Of a DNA stretch of 64,000 nt, positions 59,192 through 64,000 are shown in pieces. The translations under genes were made by a program, and so were the position numbers. The stretch is from a virus (lineage: Duplodnaviria > Caudoviricetes), in the IMG/VR virus record IMGVR_UViG_3300028833_000057, positions 96,001-160,000 of that record. The stretch is one strand, 5' to 3'. Within the stretch, counting starts at the first letter, position 1. The number at the start of each line of letters is the position of its first letter. The notes under the pieces were generated by a model. That model did not search any database and had not been told where the DNA came from. It worked only from the letters and a program-made list of their open reading frames with translations.

Positions 59192-60109
59192 ATGTATCTA
59201 GATCATTTAAAAGCTACTGCTCAGCCTGCTCCGGCTGCTACAGCTGCTCCTGTTTCTGTATCTTTTATGGATTGCATGGATGCTGCTCTGTACTGCACTG
59301 AAGTTTGCTCTGCTGCCGATCCGTATCTGATTAAGGCTGAAGCTGAATACATGGCTAAGGCTACTGAAGATGGTGATGGTGCCGCTAAGGAAGGCTGGTG
59401 GAACAAGATTAAGAAGGTTTTCCAGAAGATTTGGGATACTCTTCAGAATTTCTACAAAAAAATTGCTGCTTTCATTAAGGACAGAGTTATTCCTCATGTC
59501 GTCAAGAAGGCCAAGGAAATTGCTGTTAAGTTCCAGAAGATTGGCATGAAGTCCAAGATTGAAAAGTGCAAAGATCCTGATAAGTCTAAGCTTGAAAATG
59601 TTACTTTCATGGAAGGCACTGCTTGTGAGAAACAGATTGAAGATGTAATTAACAACATTAACGATCGCCTCGAAAAGAATGATCTTTCTTCTGTTGACAT
59701 TAAGGAACTTATGGGCAAGCTTCCTTCTAGAGAGAAGAGCGATTGCATGAAGAAGATCGCAGATGAAAGCTATGAAAATGTCAAGAAGATAGCTGACAAT
59801 ATTCTTAACGGCAATACTGCCAAGGACGTTCTCAAGAAGATTGATGAATTGGCTAAGACTTCTGCTACAAAGGTTGCTTCTCATATTAAAGAAGCTAAGG
59901 GTAAGATTGCCGCTGCTGAAAAGGCTAAGGATGAAGCTAAGGCTCAGGAAGCTATTAATGACCTTAAGAGCGTCCGTGCTTTTGGTACAGCTGTAACTGT
60001 TATTATGAACCATGCAGGTACCCTTGCTGTTAGCATTATTCTTTCTCAGGCTGTGGCTGTCAATAAGTGGTGTGCAGCTTGCTCTACTAAGAAAGAAGAA
60101 AAGAAGTAA
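59192..60109 (+). CDS. Internal head protein paralog 1 (A-x-E processed)
   Basis: Propeptide ending KATE, then EGWWNKIKKVFQKIWD; strongly biased codons suggest high expression. Confidence 0.7.
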   Translation: MYLDHLKATAQPAPAATAAPVSVSFMDCMDAALYCTEVCSAADPYLIKAEAEYMAKATEDGDGAAKEGWWNKIKKVFQKIWDTLQNFYKKIAAFIKDRVIPHVVKKAKEIAVKFQKIGMKSKIEKCKDPDKSKLENVTFMEGTACEKQIEDVINNINDRLEKNDLSSVDIKELMGKLPSREKSDCMKKIADESYENVKKIADNILNGNTAKDVLKKIDELAKTSATKVASHIKEAKGKIAAAEKAKDEAKAQEAINDLKSVRAFGTAVTVIMNHAGTLAVSIILSQAVAVNKWCAACSTKKEEKK

Positions 60110-60149
60110 TTCTTAAATAATAAAATACCAGAAATGGTATTTTATTATT

Positions 60150-61467
60150 TTTTATTTGACTATATATTGAAAATATTTATAAAGGATTTTATTATGAACG
60201 ATTATTTAGTTTTAATGCTTGATCAAATGAAATATATAGAGACATTAGGAATGGATAATGCTGCTATAGCTAAAGCTCAGGCTGCCCTTAATGTAGCTAA
60301 TGAAAGTGCAATATACTATAAATTAGCTAATGAAGGCGTTATACAAGCTGTAAAAAATTTTTTTGCTAATCTTTGGAAGTATATCAAGAATATCGCTTTA
60401 AAAGTTGCCGGATTTTTTAAAAATTTATATATACGAGTTAAAGATTTTATTACTGGAAAAGTTCGTAAGGATAATGAAGCTCTTAATAAGAAAAATGCAG
60501 AATTAAAAAAGTACTATGAACAACGCATCTCAGATTTAAAAGATGAAATTAATTCTTTATCTTCAAAAAATGAAACTAATAAAGAAAGATTACAAAATAA
60601 GGATAAAGAACTAAAAGACGCAAGAGAAGACCTTATAGCTTTATATAAAGCAAGGAGTAAACTATCAGAATTTAATGTAGGTCGTCCTGAGACATCCAAT
60701 GAATTTATTGAATTCCTAAATAAAAATAAAGAAAGACCTTCATATGTTAATAAGGCTTTAGATATTTTATCAAATGAATATTATAGAAATATTGACAAAA
60801 TTAAATCGAGCATGAATTATAGTCCTTTAATTGCAAATAGTATTGAAAGCGTAGAAGATACAATAGAATTTATTATAGAAGCTGCAAATAAAAATCCTGA
60901 AAGATTTGAAAAATATAAGACAAAGATACCTACCCTTATTGAAAATTATGAAAATAATATTTGTAAGGAAATATCTTCAAAACTTGATGAGCTATTGGAA
61001 AAAAGTGGTTCACCATCTAAAGATGTTAATATTGAATTTGATAGAAAATTTATAGAACGCCATGTAAGAGATCAATTTATATTTGTCAAAGAGACTTGTG
61101 TTAAAACTTTGAATGAGTATAATGATGATATTAATAAAGCTACACATGTATATAAAGAAATGAAGCTAGAGGATAAGTTAGTAAATAAAGATCAATTACA
61201 AGATGTACACCATTTAGCATCTTTGGTGGTTAAAAGTTATACCCTTTATCTTAGCACTTATCTAAAAATAACTAGAGTAAATACTATACTTATGAAAGAC
61301 TATGCCAACGCTAGTACAATTTTAGGAAATTATATATCTTCTAAAAGTAAAGAATATATAGATTCCATTCTTAATGAATAATCTTATAAAAATAGATAAA
61401 CCGTAAGGTTTATCTATTTTTTTATTTGACTATATATTGAAAATATTCATAAAGGATTCTATTTATG
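60150..61467 (+). repeat. Duplicated ~45-bp promoter/RBS cassette (60150-60196 and 61420-61467)
   Basis: TTTATTTGACTATATATTGAAAATATT.ATAAAGGATT.TATT..ATG precedes two paralogs. Confidence 0.8.
60194..61381 (+). CDS. Internal head protein paralog 2
   Basis: Likely start MNDYL; ANE, then GVIQAVKNFFANLWKYI; late motif 60158-60169. Confidence 0.7.
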   Translation: MNDYLVLMLDQMKYIETLGMDNAAIAKAQAALNVANESAIYYKLANEGVIQAVKNFFANLWKYIKNIALKVAGFFKNLYIRVKDFITGKVRKDNEALNKKNAELKKYYEQRISDLKDEINSLSSKNETNKERLQNKDKELKDAREDLIALYKARSKLSEFNVGRPETSNEFIEFLNKNKERPSYVNKALDILSNEYYRNIDKIKSSMNYSPLIANSIESVEDTIEFIIEAANKNPERFEKYKTKIPTLIENYENNICKEISSKLDELLEKSGSPSKDVNIEFDRKFIERHVRDQFIFVKETCVKTLNEYNDDINKATHVYKEMKLEDKLVNKDQLQDVHHLASLVVKSYTLYLSTYLKITRVNTILMKDYANASTILGNYISSKSKEYIDSILNE

Positions 61468-62466
61468 TACTTAGACTTTTTAAGAGTTAATCAAGAAAAT
61501 ACTTCAGTAAGCTATAGTGGATTAATGGCTATGACTTTAGAGATGGTAGAAGATATTAATTCACTAAATCTCTATTCTTTGGCTAAAGAAGATGCATATG
61601 AAAAAGACTTTCTAGATAATCCAGATAATAATAAAGTACATGCAATCACAAAAGTCATGGGTGCTATTGGAAAAGTTATTCGTAAATTACTAGAATACAT
61701 TCTTTATGTAGTCAATTTTATTAGAAAGATTTTTGAAAAAATAAAAACATGGTGTGTTAAGATTCTTAATTCTATTAAAATGGTTGGATTAGACCAGAAA
61801 ATGGAAGTCTTTAAAGATAACGATTATAATGCATATAATGAGCATATCGATAATATGCCTTATTTTTCCTCTAAGTTCTTTAATAACTTTTTTGATAGAA
61901 TATCGGTTATATTTAAAGACACCTATAAAAATAACGTTGAAAGAATAGCGAAAGCTGTTGATGAAAATGATGGCAAAGATGCGTTAGCTTATCTTAAGTC
62001 TATGTATAAAGATATAAGTGTATCTAAAGACTTGACTGTTAAAGATTGCAGAGATGATGGAAGTATAGATAATATTTATAATGAATACAAAAAATTTAAA
62101 GATGCAGTATCAAAACTTCCAGAAAAATATAATGCTTGGTATAGAACTATAGAAGCTAGTAAAAAAGAAATGCTCCAAATAGCTAAACAGGCTCAAATAT
62201 CTTTAAAAGATACTAAAAGTTCAGTGGAATACCAAGAAGATAGTTCGGAAAAATCCAAAGATCATTACTACACTGCAGATGAAAATTATCTTAGAGCTAA
62301 GTTGAGGATTTCTCTTCTTCGTTTATCTGCTACTTTTATGTCAAAATTTGCGATGTCTGCTAATACTACAATACAAAAGGCTATTACACAAAACTTAAGA
62401 GTTTATAAAGCTATGGTGGAGAACGATAATAGAATTACCAAGCAAATATCAAATAAAAGTAAATAA
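61465..62466 (+). CDS. Internal head protein paralog 3
   Basis: MYLDFL start like paralog 1; AKE site; amphipathic helix; late motif 61428-61439. Confidence 0.7.
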   Translation: MYLDFLRVNQENTSVSYSGLMAMTLEMVEDINSLNLYSLAKEDAYEKDFLDNPDNNKVHAITKVMGAIGKVIRKLLEYILYVVNFIRKIFEKIKTWCVKILNSIKMVGLDQKMEVFKDNDYNAYNEHIDNMPYFSSKFFNNFFDRISVIFKDTYKNNVERIAKAVDENDGKDALAYLKSMYKDISVSKDLTVKDCRDDGSIDNIYNEYKKFKDAVSKLPEKYNAWYRTIEASKKEMLQIAKQAQISLKDTKSSVEYQEDSSEKSKDHYYTADENYLRAKLRISLLRLSATFMSKFAMSANTTIQKAITQNLRVYKAMVENDNRITKQISNKSK

Positions 62467-62528
62467 TATATTTAATGAATAATAAAAATTCATAAGAACA
62501 TTAGTTCTTATGAATTTTTTAATTTAAT

Positions 62529-63491
62529 TTAGGATTCTTCCTTTTTATTTTCTATCTGTTTTGTATCTAGTTCTAAATTGGCCTTTTTACTATCAGTTAA
62601 TAAGAACCAAGCATTATAAGCCCTCATGTTATGGCCTAACATAGTAATTATACGCGTATTAAATATTGAAGATAATTTAGCAAAAGCTATTCCAACAGCC
62701 TTTAAAGCAGTTACATTAAGTCTCCATTTAGAATATGTTTCTTCTGTTACAGACTCGCCCATTTCTGGTAATATTTTTTTAATCTTCTCAGCTCTACCTG
62801 TAATTAATTTACCTGCTCGTTTACCACGATCTATTATTGTATTTAATTCATTACTTTTAAGGAATTGGATAAACTTCTTCATTTCTTCCTTGGCTTCTTT
62901 AAAAGTCATATCCAATACTTTTTCTTTCATGAAAGTATCATTCAAATTTTCAACCACTAATTTATCAAAAAGGCCTTTATATCTTTCTTTAAAATCACCA
63001 TAATCTCCAACATCAGTTATATCGAGATAAAGACGCTTTTCCATATCTTCAATATATATCTTTATTTCTTTTACAAGTTTAGAGACATCGTCCATTTTAA
63101 TATACTTAGCATCAGTATATTTTTCTTTGTAACCTGGAACTAAAATATCTCCAAGTTTTTTACTTTCATGTCCATTCAGCACTTCTGCAAGCTTTTTATA
63201 TCGACTATTTGTAATAAGAGCTTTAACCCTAATAATAACTTTAGATATAAAATTAGCAATTTTAACAAACAAGCCAAGAATAAATCCAGCAATACGTGCA
63301 GCCCATTCACCAAGTTTATTAACTATACCTGAAGCAATAATATTAGCTTTATTATTTGGTTTATCTTCTTTTTTATTATCAGCATCTTCTTGTGCTATAG
63401 TGAATTGTACATATGCATCACCCTTAAAGCATAAATCAGAAAGATTTATTGTTTCCATATAAATGGCAGCTAGATCTATATTAGAATTCAT
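62529..63491 (-). CDS. Internal head protein paralog 4
   Basis: AQE site followed by an amphipathic helix; C-terminal LKAVGIAF resembles paralog 1. Confidence 0.7.
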   Translation of the reverse strand: MNSNIDLAAIYMETINLSDLCFKGDAYVQFTIAQEDADNKKEDKPNNKANIIASGIVNKLGEWAARIAGFILGLFVKIANFISKVIIRVKALITNSRYKKLAEVLNGHESKKLGDILVPGYKEKYTDAKYIKMDDVSKLVKEIKIYIEDMEKRLYLDITDVGDYGDFKERYKGLFDKLVVENLNDTFMKEKVLDMTFKEAKEEMKKFIQFLKSNELNTIIDRGKRAGKLITGRAEKIKKILPEMGESVTEETYSKWRLNVTALKAVGIAFAKLSSIFNTRIITMLGHNMRAYNAWFLLTDSKKANLELDTKQIENKKEES

Positions 63492-63510
63492 AAATTTAAC
63501 CTCTTTAATT

Positions 63511-63528
63511 TAGACAATTAATTGTCTA
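63511..63528. promoter_or_regulatory. Palindromic bidirectional late promoter
   Basis: TAGACAATTAATTGTCTA reads GACA-ATTAAT-TG on both strands, between divergent head-protein genes. Confidence 0.6.
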
Positions 63529-63544
63529 TAAGGAATTTATAATT

Positions 63545-64000
63545 ATGGTACAGTACGAAAATATATCTATATGCGATTATTACTCTTTTTGCATGGACTC
63601 TATAGAAAATCTTAATTCTATGGAAAAAGATTTAGAATTAGATTTAGCTACCGAAGGTGTTATAGGAAATGCTTTTGATCGTGTTGATCGTGCAGCTATT
63701 ACTACAACAAAATTTACAAATTCATATATTTTAAGGTTCTTTGATAAAATTCAGCAAATACTTAATTATTTATTAGATATTATTCAAAAAATTACTTTAA
63801 AGGTAAAATTATTTCTTCGAAAATTATTCTTTAAGATAACCTCTGAACGTATTAGAGAATTTTTTCAAAATGTAAAATCTGGCCCTATTGCCGTTGCTGT
63901 TTATGATAAAGATGGAAATCAGCTGAGTAATCATTCATATGGAGATGATAAAGCATCAAAAAAGATGGATGATATTAAATTTATTAACATCGAAGCTTTG
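63545..64000 (+). CDS. Internal head protein paralog 5 (partial, runs off window)
   Basis: MVQYENIS...FCMDS...LATEGVIG, AAGGA SD. Confidence 0.65.
   Translation, partial: MVQYENISICDYYSFCMDSIENLNSMEKDLELDLATEGVIGNAFDRVDRAAITTTKFTNSYILRFFDKIQQILNYLLDIIQKITLKVKLFLRKLFFKITSERIREFFQNVKSGPIAVAVYDKDGNQLSNHSYGDDKASKKMDDIKFINIEAL

Noticed and set aside
59207-60013. 268-aa antisense ORF
   Set aside because: Lies in register opposite a strongly codon-biased gene; Leu/Ser/Phe-rich shadow translation with no SD or promoter
1-64000. Alternative genetic code (stop codon reassignment)
   Set aside because: Conserved enzymes are intact in the standard code, and TAA, TAG and TGA all end genes
1-64000. CRISPR array, cas genes, reverse transcriptase or phage-nucleus shell gene
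   Set aside because: No regularly spaced repeats or recognisable motifs seen by eye; a highly divergent homolog cannot be excluded

Overview
AT-rich, gene-dense segment of a jumbo bacteriophage of the phiKZ/AR9(PBS1)-related type. It encodes two split multisubunit RNA polymerase pieces: a beta C-terminal half, probably non-virion RNAP, and a beta' N-terminal piece with DFDGD, probably virion RNAP. It also encodes a GroEL-like chaperonin, primase, DnaB-like helicase, SbcC/SbcD, ATP-dependent ligase, IF1, an ACP-domain protein, tRNA-Arg(UCU), a baseplate/tail module, a family of A-x-E-processed head-protein paralogs and many small early ORFs. Two promoter-like motifs partition the genes: TATATTA before early/accessory genes and (A/G)AC(A/T/C)-N6-T(A/G) before virion genes; the latter resembles the uracil-dependent AR9 late promoter. 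The most notable unexplained signals are: (i) four ORF-free, helix-rich segments of 240-490 nt on the minus strand, three with their own promoter and terminator and several with pseudoknot or long-range pairings, which look like large structured ncRNAs; (ii) a clean -1 programmed frameshift candidate in the baseplate/tail-assembly gene; (iii) an early lipoprotein packed with D-S-I/V glycosylation-type sequons. All calls come from reading motifs by eye; no database searches or folding programs were run.
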